Below are positions 16,361 to 24,750 of a DNA stretch of 28,716 nt, one piece after another. The position numbers were made by a program, and so were the translations under genes. This DNA comes from Candidatus Limnocylindria bacterium. Lineage in GTDB: Bacteria; Chloroflexota; Limnocylindria; QHBO01. The DNA lies in NCBI GenBank assembly GCA_051004475.1, contig JBPCKH010000118.1, positions 1 through 28,716 on the forward strand, given 5' to 3'. Each line of letters begins with the position of its first letter. The stretch's first letter is position 1. Under the pieces are notes generated by a model. The model made no database searches. It saw only the letters and a program-made list of their open reading frames with translations, and was not told the DNA's origin.

Positions 16361-16774
16361 CTATCGGTCGGGGGCCCATCTGTCGGATTCGGGGCGGCGC
16401 CGCATGAGCGCCGCCTCGACGGTATCGAACACGCCGTCGATCGGCGCCTCCGGCTTGCGAACGCGGATCTGCACGGCATCCACCATGTCCGGATCTGTGG
16501 CTGCCAGCACGGCCTTCGCGATGGCACCGGCCAGGGCCTCGATCAGGTTGAACGGCTCGCCCTCGACGATTGCCCGCACCACTTCGTGCAGCGCCGCGTA
16601 ATCGACCGTCGCCGCCAGGTCGTCACGCGCGGCGGCCGGCGCAAGATCGGCGTGGAGCACCAGGTCCACCTCGAACGGCAGGGAGGTCTCCTTCTCCCAT
16701 GCCAGGACGCCGTGGCGTGCTTCGAATCGCATTCCCAGGAGGCTCAGCCGATCAGGGAAGGTCCGTCCGCTCAT
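16361..16774 (-). CDS. folB: Dihydroneopterin aldolase
   Basis: GMRFEARHGV, FEVDL, TVDYAAL, FNLIEALA, VRKPEAPI. Adjacent to folP. Confidence 0.94.
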   Translation of the reverse strand: MSGRTFPDRLSLLGMRFEARHGVLAWEKETSLPFEVDLVLHADLAPAAARDDLAATVDYAALHEVVRAIVEGEPFNLIEALAGAIAKAVLAATDPDMVDAVQIRVRKPEAPIDGVFDTVEAALMRRRPESDRWAPDR

Positions 16775-17625
16775 CGGCGAACCACCGCGTCGGCCACGCG
16801 CAGCGTCCGTGCGATCGGTCCCACGTCGTGGACCCGCACGATATCCGCGCCGGCCATGACCGCCAGCGCGGCAGTCGCGGCGCTGCCCTCCACCCGATCA
16901 TCGGGTGCGGCATCGTCCAGCAGCTCGCCGAGAAATCGCTTGCGACTACTCCCGATGAGCATCGGGAGACCTCCCAGCGCCGCCTTGAGCTCTGCAAGGC
17001 GATGGAGCAGCTCGAGGTTGTCCTCCGTCGTCTTTCCGAAGCCGATCCCCGGATCGACGATCAGGCGATCGTGCTTCACACCGCGGGCCGTAGCGGCCTC
17101 GGCCGAATCCCGCAGCCAGGTCACGACCGTCTGAAACACCCCGTCCGGATAGCCGGCGCCGTCCTGGTTGTGCATCAGGACGAGGTACGAGCCCGCTGCC
17201 GCAGCCGCTTCGGACGTCCCGGGATCACGTCGGGCGGCCCAGACGTCGTTGACGATGGTGGCTCCTGCGCCGATCGCCGCGGAGGCCACCGTGCCCTTGC
17301 TGGTGTCGATGCTGACGTGAGCCCGTTCTCCAAGCTCCGTCACCAACGCCCGCACCACGGGGATGGCAATCGCCGCCTCGGTGGCGGCGTCGACCGCGGG
17401 ATGCTCACCGTATGCCTGGCGCGGGCGGGTCGACTCGGCGCCGACGTCGAGGATCGTTGCCCCCGCCTCCACCATAGCTCGACCCTGCGCCGCCGCTGCC
17501 GCAACGACCTGGTTCTCATTGCGGCCGCCCGTCACCAGGCCGTCGCCGGAGAACGAATCCGCCGTCAGGTTGATGATTCCCATCAGGTGCGTCCGCTCGC
17601 CCCAGCGCAGCTCGGGTGCCATCAC
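16771..17625 (-). CDS. folP: Dihydropteroate synthase
   Basis: MGIINLTADSFSGDG, DVGAESTRP, SIDT, DPGIGFGKT, GSSRKRF, RVHDV. Confidence 0.97.
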   Translation of the reverse strand: MMAPELRWGERTHLMGIINLTADSFSGDGLVTGGRNENQVVAAAAAQGRAMVEAGATILDVGAESTRPRQAYGEHPAVDAATEAAIAIPVVRALVTELGERAHVSIDTSKGTVASAAIGAGATIVNDVWAARRDPGTSEAAAAAGSYLVLMHNQDGAGYPDGVFQTVVTWLRDSAEAATARGVKHDRLIVDPGIGFGKTTEDNLELLHRLAELKAALGGLPMLIGSSRKRFLGELLDDAAPDDRVEGSAATAALAVMAGADIVRVHDVGPIARTLRVADAVVRR

Positions 17626-18953
17626 GTCTCCTCGGTCATGCCGGTGATCATGCTCCGAACGGCGCCGACCAGGTAGAGCGAGCCGGCGACGACGATCGGA
17701 TCGCCTTCCGCCCGACGCAGTGCCGCGGCCGGGGTGGCCGCTGTCGGAGCGCTCACAGCGGCGATGCCCCGCCAGATGCGAGCGAGGTGCTCCGGATCGT
17801 ATGCTCCGGGATCGTCGACGCGGGTGAAGACGAAGCGCGGCTCGAGCGGCGCCAGCGCGCGCAGGACGGCGTGGACCCGCTTCGTCCGCATGGCGCCGAA
17901 CACGATCGTCGGGCGTCGCAGCCCGAGGTCGCGAAGCGCTTGTCCGAGCGCGGCGGCACCGGCGGGGTTGTGCGCGCCATCGAGGAGGACGCGCCGCAGC
18001 CCGATCGATGACCCGTCGAGGACCTCCAGCCGCCCCGGCCAGCGTACCGTGGCAAACCCGCTGCGCAGGCTCGACTCATCGACGCGAATGCCATGCCGGT
18101 CCGCCAGCGAGTCGAGAAGCGCCAGTACGACCGCCGCATTCTCGGCCTGGTGCGCCCCGATGAGCCCGATCCGCAGGTCGGGCAGATCGCCCGACGGCGT
18201 CCCGGCATCGACCACGATCCCGTCCCAGTCGAGCTGGCGCAGGGTCGCTCGATACGGCTGGCGTGGTCCGGCACGGCGGAGGGGCACAAGCTGGGTGGCG
18301 CATCGGTCCATGATGGGGCGGAGCCCTCGACCGGATGCGCCGGTGACGGCCAGGTTGCCGGCCTTGATGATCGCCGCTTTCTCCCGGCCGATGGCGGCGA
18401 GCGTGTGACCCAGGTACGCCTCGTGATCTCGCTGCACGTTGGTGATGGCGGCCACGCCAAGGTCGAGCACGTTGGTCGCGTCGAGCCGCCCACCCATGCC
18501 GACCTCGACGAGCGCGACGTCCACCTCGCGGCGGGCCAGCTCGGCGATGGCGGCCGCGGTGAGCGCCTCGAACTCGGTCGGCGGCCCAACGTCGACGGCG
18601 ACCCGGTTGATTGCCGGCAGGACGCGCTCCACCACCGCCGCGAACTCGGAAGCGCTGATCGGCTCACCGTCCACGGCCAGGCGCTCGCGGTAGCTGACGA
18701 GGTGCGGCTTCGGCATGGTGCCGACGCGGTGGCCGCCGGCGACGAGCACCGCGCGCCCCATGGCCACGACCGATCCCTTCCCGTTCGTCCCACCCACCAG
18801 TGCCCCTCGCAGCTGTCGCTCGGGGTGGCCGACCTCGGCCATGAGACGCTCGACACGCTCGAGGCCCATGCTGACCCCGAAGCGGCCTCGCTCGGTGAGC
18901 GCGACGACTGCCTGTCGATAGGTGAGGCGTTCCGGATCGGTCAGGCGAGTCAG
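17622..18953 (-). CDS. folC: Folylpolyglutamate/dihydrofolate synthase
   Basis: GTNGKGS, PHL..YRER, TEFE, EVGMGGRLDATNV, EKAAIIK, WPGRLE, DGAHNPAG, GSLYLVG. Start uncertain; CTG at 18953 overlaps the upstream TGA. Confidence 0.93.
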   Translation of the reverse strand: MTRLTDPERLTYRQAVVALTERGRFGVSMGLERVERLMAEVGHPERQLRGALVGGTNGKGSVVAMGRAVLVAGGHRVGTMPKPHLVSYRERLAVDGEPISASEFAAVVERVLPAINRVAVDVGPPTEFEALTAAAIAELARREVDVALVEVGMGGRLDATNVLDLGVAAITNVQRDHEAYLGHTLAAIGREKAAIIKAGNLAVTGASGRGLRPIMDRCATQLVPLRRAGPRQPYRATLRQLDWDGIVVDAGTPSGDLPDLRIGLIGAHQAENAAVVLALLDSLADRHGIRVDESSLRSGFATVRWPGRLEVLDGSSIGLRRVLLDGAHNPAGAAALGQALRDLGLRRPTIVFGAMRTKRVHAVLRALAPLEPRFVFTRVDDPGAYDPEHLARIWRGIAAVSAPTAATPAAALRRAEGDPIVVAGSLYLVGAVRSMITGMTEET

Positions 18954-19507
18954 TCCGCGGCATCCTCGAAGAAGACGCAGTCGTTGAACTGGCCGGTCAG
19001 GCACAGGTCGTTGACGTAGCCGGAGTCGAGATGGACGCCACCGCGCAGCTCGCATCGGCTGACGATGCCTTCTTGCTTCATCAGCGTTCGCATCAGCTGC
19101 GGGGCCTGGATCGGGATCCTTCCCTTGTCGCTGTTGGTGAGATAGAAATTCGGGCAGTGATGGCGGCGCGGCCTCGAGTAGCCAAGCGGAACGCCGCGAC
19201 GCCCGACGTGGACCTCGAGCGGCTCCGGCGTGCCGGCGAATCGCTTCTCGGCGATCACGCAGCGGCCGGGCTCGCACTCCTTGTCGTTGTGGCAGCAGGC
19301 ACGAGCCGGACCGATCCCCTCGACTGCCCACAGCTCCCAGCACGGGCGGCGCAGGATGAATGCCGGGCATCGGTAGCGAATGGTGAGGTCGCAGTTCTCG
19401 ACCTCCCAGCACATCGCGCGCCGATCCGTGCCGCGCCGGTCCGGCGCAAATGGGTCGTTCGCCTCGCGGCGCTCACCGCCGGTTCGACGTTCGGTCTTGA
19501 TGATCAT
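18950..19507 (-). CDS. Cys-rich hypothetical protein, two-CW-domain-like (185 aa, 12 Cys)
   Basis: CWEVENC-x7-CPAF-x5-CWELW...CC...C...C, plus a second Cys cluster CPNFY...C...CL..QFNDCVFF. GAGGAG lies upstream of ATG 19507, and the stop overlaps the folC start. Confidence 0.75.
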   Translation of the reverse strand: MIIKTERRTGGERREANDPFAPDRRGTDRRAMCWEVENCDLTIRYRCPAFILRRPCWELWAVEGIGPARACCHNDKECEPGRCVIAEKRFAGTPEPLEVHVGRRGVPLGYSRPRRHHCPNFYLTNSDKGRIPIQAPQLMRTLMKQEGIVSRCELRGGVHLDSGYVNDLCLTGQFNDCVFFEDAAD

Positions 19508-19633
19508 CGGTGCGCGGGAGCCCTCCTCGCGGGGGAGTGTAGCGGCTGGCGGGAGGCTGGTGTGGATCTCCCGCCGAGGCCCTTGCGAGACTGAGATGTC
19601 CCAAAACACATGAGGTGTGCGTTGTGTCCGGCA

Positions 19634-19738
19634 GAATCACCCTGGACGTGCTCGATTCGCGTCTGGCGTGAATCAGCACCGTTTGGAGGCGGTTCGCTGC
19701 GGCCAATGGTTGCCTGGCGTGAATCCGGACGGTTCGCG
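19634..19738. repeat. REP-like intergenic element (GTGAATC...G[A/G]TTCGC units)
   Basis: TGGCGTGAATC occurs twice; two 21-mers are shared with 5831-5986; hairpin cgtgaatc-cggac-ggttcgcg. Confidence 0.78.
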
Positions 19739-19756
19739 ATGTTGGCGTCGGACCGG

Positions 19757-20095
19757 TCAGCGCGGGGCGATGAACTGGCTGAGCCGCTCTTCCATGACCT
19801 CCTGGGGCATGTAGCCGACCAGGCGTGCGGCCTCGCGGCCGTTCTGGAAGACGATCAGGGTTGGAATGCTGAAGATGCTGTAGCGCATCGCCAATTGTTG
19901 GTTCTCGTCGGTGTTGACCTTGGCGACGGCCATTCGCTCGGCGTGCTTGTCGCCGAAGCTTTCGACGACGGGCGAGACGAGGCGACAGGGACCGCACCAC
20001 GGAGCCCAGAAGTCCACCAGGACGGGCTTGTCTGCATTGAGGACCTCCGACTCAAAGGTCGCTTCGTCGACCGCGATCGGGGTAGTGGTTGCCAT
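19757..20095 (-). CDS. trxA: Thioredoxin
   Basis: VLVDFWAPWCGPC, KVNTDEN, SIPTL. TGC-TACGAT extended -10-like element at about 20140-20148 on the minus strand. Confidence 0.97.
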   Translation of the reverse strand: MATTTPIAVDEATFESEVLNADKPVLVDFWAPWCGPCRLVSPVVESFGDKHAERMAVAKVNTDENQQLAMRYSIFSIPTLIVFQNGREAARLVGYMPQEVMEERLSQFIAPR

Positions 20096-20153
20096 GACTG
20101 GACGAATGTGCCTCCAAGCGTGGAATCGAGACAGCGATCATCGTAGCACCGGG

Positions 20154-20171
20154 CGAGCGGGGAGCCGCTCG
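20154..20171 (-). terminator. Hairpin directly after the kinase stop codon, a possible terminator without a U-tract
   Basis: cgagcgg-ggag-ccgctcg, a perfect 7-bp stem abutting the stop at 20172-20174. Confidence 0.45.
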
Positions 20172-21848
20172 TCAGCCTGCGGGGGTGGGTGTCGGTATCG
20201 GTGTCGGAGTCGGCGGCGGTGGCAGCGTGGGGACGGACGTCGGAATCGGGGTTGGTGTGGGGGTGGGAGTTGGAGTTGGTGTCGGTGACGGGGTTGGCGA
20301 GGGCGTCGGTGACGGCGTCGGGCCGGTGCTCACCACGAGGTTCACCTGGCTGCGCGCGGCGACCGTGTTGCCGGACGGGGGATCGCTCCGAAGGACCGAG
20401 CCACTCGGGACGTTCTGGTCAGGCTCGGAGCTGATCTCACCGACGGCGAGGTCGAAGTCGCGCAGCGTCGCCTCGGCCTGCGCCTGGGTCTGGCCGCGCA
20501 GGCTCGGAACCTGGACTTCCTCTTCGCCACTCGAGACGACAACCTCGACGGTGCCACCATCGGCGACCTGACCGCCACTCGATGGGTCGCAGCGGATGAC
20601 CGTTCCCTCGTCGATCTCGTCAGAATTCTCCTGGACCACGTCGGCGCTGACCCCGAGCTCGCCGAGCTGCGCGCGCAGCGTCGTGAGCGCCACGCCATTA
20701 CAGTCGGGCACGGTCACCAGCGTGGCGGACGGGCTCGGCGTGGGATCGGTGCTCCCGCCGCCCGCCAGCTGCGCAGCCAGAAAGCCGATCGCGCCGAGCA
20801 GGATCACCGCCAGGACCGCCAGCAGCCAGATCCACCAAGGCTGACCGTCGTCACGCGGCCGCTCGTAGGCGTCGACGCGACGCGGAGGCGGCGCCAGTGG
20901 CGTCCGATCTGCCGGACGCGTGGCGCGTGGCGGCACGTAGACCGTCGGCTCGCCGGCCGGTGGCGTGGTGGCCACGGCCGCTCCGGCCGCGCCGGCCGCG
21001 AGCGGGCGAGCTGCGTCCGGGTCACGTCGCCAGACGCGCAGCGCCTCGGCGAATGCGCCGGCATCCGGGAAGCGATCGGACGGCTCGCGCGCAAGTGCGC
21101 GCATCAGGATCGACTCGAGGCCGGGGGCGACCGGATGGCCGATGGAGGTCGGCGTTGGCGCGTCCTCGCTGAGCCGCTTGAGCGCCACCCCTGCCGCCGA
21201 CTCCCCCTCGAATGGACGGCGCCCGGTGAGCATCTCGAACAGCACGATGGCCAGCGAGTAGACGTCGGAAGCTCCGGTGACCTCGTCGCCGCGCGCCTGT
21301 TCAGGGCTGAAGTAGTGGACCGATCCGAGCGTGGTACCGGTGACCGTCATCGACGCTTCCGCGACGGCGCGAGCGATTCCGAAGTCGGTGACCTTCACAT
21401 CGCCCGCGTCGGTGATCAGGATGTTGCTGGGCTTCACGTCACGGTGGACGATTCCCTTGCGGTGGGCGACCTCGAGCGCGCCTGCCACGCCGATCGCGAT
21501 GCGGACTCCGTCCTCGACCGAGAGGGCGCCGCGATCGTGAAGGACGGCCGACAGGTCCCGTCCCTCGATGAGCTCCATGACGATGTACTGCTCGCCATCG
21601 GCCCCATCGGTGCCGTAGTCGTAGACGCTGACGATGTTCGGATGCGAGAGGCCGCCGGCCGAGCGGGCCTCCTGCTTGAAGCGCGCGGCGAACCCGGCAT
21701 CGGCGCTGAACTGCGGTCGGAGCAGCTTGACGGCGACCTCTCGGTCGAGCTGTTCGTCGACGGCGCGCCAGATCGTGGCCATGCCGCCCTCGCCGAGCGG
21801 CGCGATGAGGCGGTAGCGGGCGCTGATCAGCCTGCCGATCATCTCCAC
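20172..21848 (-). CDS. pknB: PknB/PrkC-like Ser/Thr protein kinase with TM helix, two PASTA domains and a Pro/Thr tail
   Basis: LGEGGMA, VAVKLL, HRDVKPSN, DFGIAR, GSVHYFSPEQ; TM segment; PASTA-like VTVPDCNG and VQVPSLRG repeats. Confidence 0.93.
   Translation of the reverse strand: MEMIGRLISARYRLIAPLGEGGMATIWRAVDEQLDREVAVKLLRPQFSADAGFAARFKQEARSAGGLSHPNIVSVYDYGTDGADGEQYIVMELIEGRDLSAVLHDRGALSVEDGVRIAIGVAGALEVAHRKGIVHRDVKPSNILITDAGDVKVTDFGIARAVAEASMTVTGTTLGSVHYFSPEQARGDEVTGASDVYSLAIVLFEMLTGRRPFEGESAAGVALKRLSEDAPTPTSIGHPVAPGLESILMRALAREPSDRFPDAGAFAEALRVWRRDPDAARPLAAGAAGAAVATTPPAGEPTVYVPPRATRPADRTPLAPPPRRVDAYERPRDDGQPWWIWLLAVLAVILLGAIGFLAAQLAGGGSTDPTPSPSATLVTVPDCNGVALTTLRAQLGELGVSADVVQENSDEIDEGTVIRCDPSSGGQVADGGTVEVVVSSGEEEVQVPSLRGQTQAQAEATLRDFDLAVGEISSEPDQNVPSGSVLRSDPPSGNTVAARSQVNLVVSTGPTPSPTPSPTPSPTPTPTPTPTPTPIPTSVPTLPPPPTPTPIPTPTPAG
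20181..20322 (-). repeat. Low-complexity Pro-Thr/Pro-Ser coding repeat
   Basis: Encodes PTPSPTPSPTPSPTPTPTPTPTPTPIPT...PTPTPIPTPTP at the kinase C-terminus. Confidence 0.9.
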
Positions 21849-21855
21849 GTTGCGG

Positions 21856-22728
21856 TCAGTCTCGCAGGTCGAGGCCGCGGATGTAGGAGCGGAACTCGTC
21901 CGCGTCGTCCGACTCCAGCCCCACGGCCACGTTTGCCATCAGCCAGCCGAGGCGGGTGCCAGCGTCATGCCGGGTGCCTTCGAACTGGTAGCCGAAGACC
22001 GGCTGTTCCCGGATCAGCCCCCGGATCGCATCGGTCAGCTGGATCTCGCCGCCGGCGCCGCGGTTGGTCTGCTCCAGGACGTCGAAGATCTTCGGCGTCA
22101 GCACATAGCGTCCGAGGACGGCCAGGTCGGACGGAGCGTCGTCGACGGAGGGCTTCTCGACCAGGTTGCGGATCTCGACCAGGCGACCCTCCTCGTGAAG
22201 CGGTTCCAGGATGCCGTAACGGCTGACGTCCTCACGTTTCACACGCTGGACCGCCACGACCGAGCCTCGGTGCGCGAGGTGTGCATCGATGAGCTGCCTG
22301 GTGACCGGCGCTCCGCCCGGATTGAGCATGACGTCGTCTGACAGCAGGACAGCGAACGGTTCCTCGCCCACGAGATCCTTGGCCATCAGGACGGCATGGC
22401 CAAGGCCGAGTTGCTCTCGCTGATGAACGAATGCGACGGTGCCGAACTCGCTGATGCGCCGAATGGTACGCAGCATCTCGATGTCGCCACGATCCTCCAG
22501 CCAGCGCTCCAGGGACGCATTGGAGTCGAAATGGTCCTCGATGGCGCTGCGGCCCGTGGCGATGACGATGATGATCTGATCGATCCCGGAGGCGGCGGCC
22601 TCCTCGACGGCGTACTGGATGATCGGTCGGTCAACGAGCGGCATCATCTCCTTGGGGAGCGCCTTGGTTGCCGGCAGGAAACGGGTGCCGAAACCAGCGG
22701 CGGGCAGGACAGCCTTTCGGACGCGCAC
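21856..22728 (-). CDS. galU: UTP-glucose-1-phosphate uridylyltransferase
   Basis: KAVLPAAGFGTRFLPATKALPKEMMP, QLGLGHAV, VEKP, GRYVL, GGEIQLTDA. GTG start at about 22728. Confidence 0.96.
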   Translation of the reverse strand: MRVRKAVLPAAGFGTRFLPATKALPKEMMPLVDRPIIQYAVEEAAASGIDQIIIVIATGRSAIEDHFDSNASLERWLEDRGDIEMLRTIRRISEFGTVAFVHQREQLGLGHAVLMAKDLVGEEPFAVLLSDDVMLNPGGAPVTRQLIDAHLAHRGSVVAVQRVKREDVSRYGILEPLHEEGRLVEIRNLVEKPSVDDAPSDLAVLGRYVLTPKIFDVLEQTNRGAGGEIQLTDAIRGLIREQPVFGYQFEGTRHDAGTRLGWLMANVAVGLESDDADEFRSYIRGLDLRD

Positions 22729-22826
22729 GGTGATCGCAATACTCCTCGCTGCGGATTGGGGTTGCCGGCGCAGCGCTCTCGGGTGGTGGACGCGCGCGGC
22801 GACGGATCGGTCTCTGTGGGGACGTG

Positions 22827-22878
22827 AGTATACCAACCGACGTTGCACGGACCCTGCCGTGACGCAGGACGGTACAAT
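22827..22878. promoter_or_regulatory. Back-to-back -10 elements of a divergent promoter pair
   Basis: Minus-strand TGG-TATACT (22827-22835) towards galU; plus-strand TACAAT (22873-22878) towards ATG 22889. Confidence 0.5.
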
Positions 22879-22888
22879 CGCGCCGCCG

Positions 22889-23329
22889 ATGATCAAGTCG
22901 CTCGTCAGAACATTCCGCGGTCCCAGTCGCGATCCGCGCATGACCTACATCAGCCGTCCCATGCCACGCGATCTGCGTGACGAGGACGTCGTTGCGGCGC
23001 TCGAGCTGGCGCTGGCCGAGGATGCCAACCCGGCGTACCTGGTCGAGACACTGCCGGCGGCCCTGAAGCAGGTCACGGGGCGCGACCTCCAGGTGATGGA
23101 CCGATCTGTCCGCGACGTCACGGGGGCCTTCAGCCGTGTCCAGGTCATGATCCGCGACGGGGACGTCGGCCGGTGGCCTGGCTACGACGCGATGTCGTAT
23201 CCGCTGCTCGCGCCCTCGCCAAAGGCGGAGGAGACACGCGCCGCCATCGTTGCGGCCGACGCCTCCGCTGATGAAGCTCCATCGGGGCCGAAGCCCGGCT
23301 GGGAGCCCCCGCCGCCGGTGCGCCGCTGA
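22889..23329 (+). CDS. Hypothetical protein (146 aa)
   Basis: Coherent globular ORF after TACAAT; its TGA overlaps the next ATG. No family recognised. Start is 22889 or 22940. Confidence 0.7.
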   Translation: MIKSLVRTFRGPSRDPRMTYISRPMPRDLRDEDVVAALELALAEDANPAYLVETLPAALKQVTGRDLQVMDRSVRDVTGAFSRVQVMIRDGDVGRWPGYDAMSYPLLAPSPKAEETRAAIVAADASADEAPSGPKPGWEPPPPVRR

Positions 23330-23508
23330 TGGGCCGTCAGAATGTCCCGCGCGACCAGTGGCTGGAGCTCGGCCACGAGTGTCCGCGTTGCGGCGAGCAG
23401 ATCACGGAAGCCGACGTCCACGCCTGGCGTCCGATGCCGGAGGATCCCAAGCTCTTGTTGCTCTATTGTCGGAACTGCGGCGATCGCGTGGAGATCAACC
23501 ACATCTGA
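23329..23508 (+). CDS. Small zinc-ribbon protein (59 aa), absent from the ORF track
   Basis: MGRQNVPRDQWLELGHECPRCGEQITEADVHAWRPMPEDPKLLLLYCRNCGDRVEINHI: two CxxC-G motifs and a TGATG overlap with the upstream gene. Confidence 0.8.
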   Translation: MGRQNVPRDQWLELGHECPRCGEQITEADVHAWRPMPEDPKLLLLYCRNCGDRVEINHI

Positions 23509-23526
23509 TCGGTCCCCTGCGGTAAT

Positions 23527-23705
23527 GCTCGATAGATCGAGCCCCATTCACCGGAGGCCGATCCTGTGCTGCAATCTCTCGATGTATCGAGCACCGTTGC
23601 GCACCAGGTGCGCCGGGCCGTGCGATTCACGCTCCTCCCCGCTCGATACATCGCGAGAACCGCTCATCTCGGCGCGTCTGGTGAAGGTTGCTCGATCTAC
23701 CGCGA
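23527..23705. repeat. Nested inverted repeat built from four CTCGAT-NN-ATCG palindromes (REPIN/BIME-like)
   Basis: 23533-23542 pairs with 23690-23699 (10/10); 23547-23555 with 23677-23685; 23575-23592 with 23641-23658 (17/18); apical gcgcacc-a-ggtgcgc at 23599-23613. Confidence 0.85.
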
Positions 23706-23707
23706 TG

Positions 23708-23784
23708 TGGTGCCCCCAAGGGGATTCGAACCCCTGATCTCCACCTTGAAAGGGTGGCGTCCTAGGCCTCTAGACGATGGGGGC
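23708..23784 (-). tRNA. tRNA-Glu(TTC)
   Basis: Reverse complement gcccccatcgtctagaggcctaggacgccaccctTTCaaggtggagatcaggggttcgaatccccttgggggcacca forms a full cloverleaf with CCA. TGC-TACGAT lies at 23814-23822 on the minus strand. Confidence 0.97.
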
Positions 23785-24023
23785 GCTGAAGCGGCCGGAG
23801 CGCCGAGGCTCCAATCGTAGCAGCGGCCGGCGAACTGCGGCCACCCACTCGCGATGACTCCGTTTGCGCCGGGGCGCAAGTACCTACAAGGTGGTGTTCC
23901 GCGCGGTCAGAAGTGGCCGCCGAGCGCAAGATGCTCCGGACTGGGCCCGCACCGCATCCTCGTCGGTACGTGCGGTGGGGGCCAAACGCGCGAATTCCCG
24001 CGCGCCGATCGACGTTCCTCTCG

Positions 24024-24335
24024 TCAGCCGATGGAAAAGAGTAGGAGCAGGATCAACAGCCCCGCGATGGCGACGGCGGCGACGAGCGCCATCAGCCCGC
24101 CGCCGATCGCGATGAGAATCGACTGCCCATGAGCTCGCTGCCGCGCGGCGCGGCTACCCCAGATCCAGCCCTGGCTGTAGAGGAACAGCCCGATGAGCGT
24201 GCCGAGCGTGCCCGCCCCGAGCAGTGCGAGTACCGACAGGTCGGAGTCGCGACCCAGTAGTGCGAGGGCGGAGAGGGCGCCGGCGATGATCAGGCCCACG
24301 ATTCCGATCACGACGTTGCGCAGCAGGGGATGCAT
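24024..24335 (-). CDS. Small integral membrane protein (3-4 TM helices)
   Basis: Hydrophobic segments throughout the 103 aa; TAGAAT 9 nt before the ATG. Confidence 0.8.
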   Translation of the reverse strand: MHPLLRNVVIGIVGLIIAGALSALALLGRDSDLSVLALLGAGTLGTLIGLFLYSQGWIWGSRAARQRAHGQSILIAIGGGLMALVAAVAIAGLLILLLLFSIG

Positions 24336-24459
24336 GGGCGCGCCATTCTAGACGGTCGTGGACGCTGGTTTCGCGAGGGGTTTGATCGTCGGGTATGCAA
24401 CTTGCTTTGGAAGAGTCACGTACCGATAGCCCGTACAGCGAACAGCAAGGAGGCGCCAG

Positions 24460-24750
24460 ATGGCCGAGCGCCGCGGCACCGACCAGAACGGCTCCACCAA
24501 CGGTTCCACCAACCGCACGATCAACGAAGGAAACATGAGCGTCCGCGAAGCGGGTCGCAAGGGCGGGAAGATGACGCGCGCTCGTTACGGAGCCGAATTC
24601 TTTCAGGAGATCGGCGCAAAGGGCGGGAAAGCCGTGAGCGAGCGCTACTCCAATGAGCACTTCCGGGAGATCGGTCGCAAGGGCGGCCGTCGGGTGGCCG
24701 AGCTCATCGCTCGCGCCAAGCGGCTCGAGCCCGATCAGGAGCGCGAGTAG
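24460..24750 (+). CDS. KGG-repeat general stress protein (GsiB/YciG/Con-10-like)
   Basis: EAGRKGG, QEIGAKGG and REIGRKGG repeats; AAGGAGG SD upstream. Confidence 0.9.
   Translation: MAERRGTDQNGSTNGSTNRTINEGNMSVREAGRKGGKMTRARYGAEFFQEIGAKGGKAVSERYSNEHFREIGRKGGRRVAELIARAKRLEPDQERE

Noticed and set aside
18954-19412. 596-aa N-terminally extended FolC from the ORF track
   Set aside because: The extension is low-complexity and Arg/Pro-rich, and it overlaps the better-supported Cys-rich gene in another frame.
23527-23705. CRISPR array or attL/attR prophage junction at tRNA-Glu (or at tRNA-Thr)
   Set aside because: The repeats are inverted, unequal and unevenly spaced. There are no cas or integrase genes, and no duplicated tRNA 3' end was found in the window.
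24368-24396. SigB/SigF-type promoter (GTTT...GGGTAT) for the KGG gene
   Set aside because: GGGTAT fits, but the two GTTT candidates are 19 and 7 nt away, outside the usual ~14-17 nt spacing.
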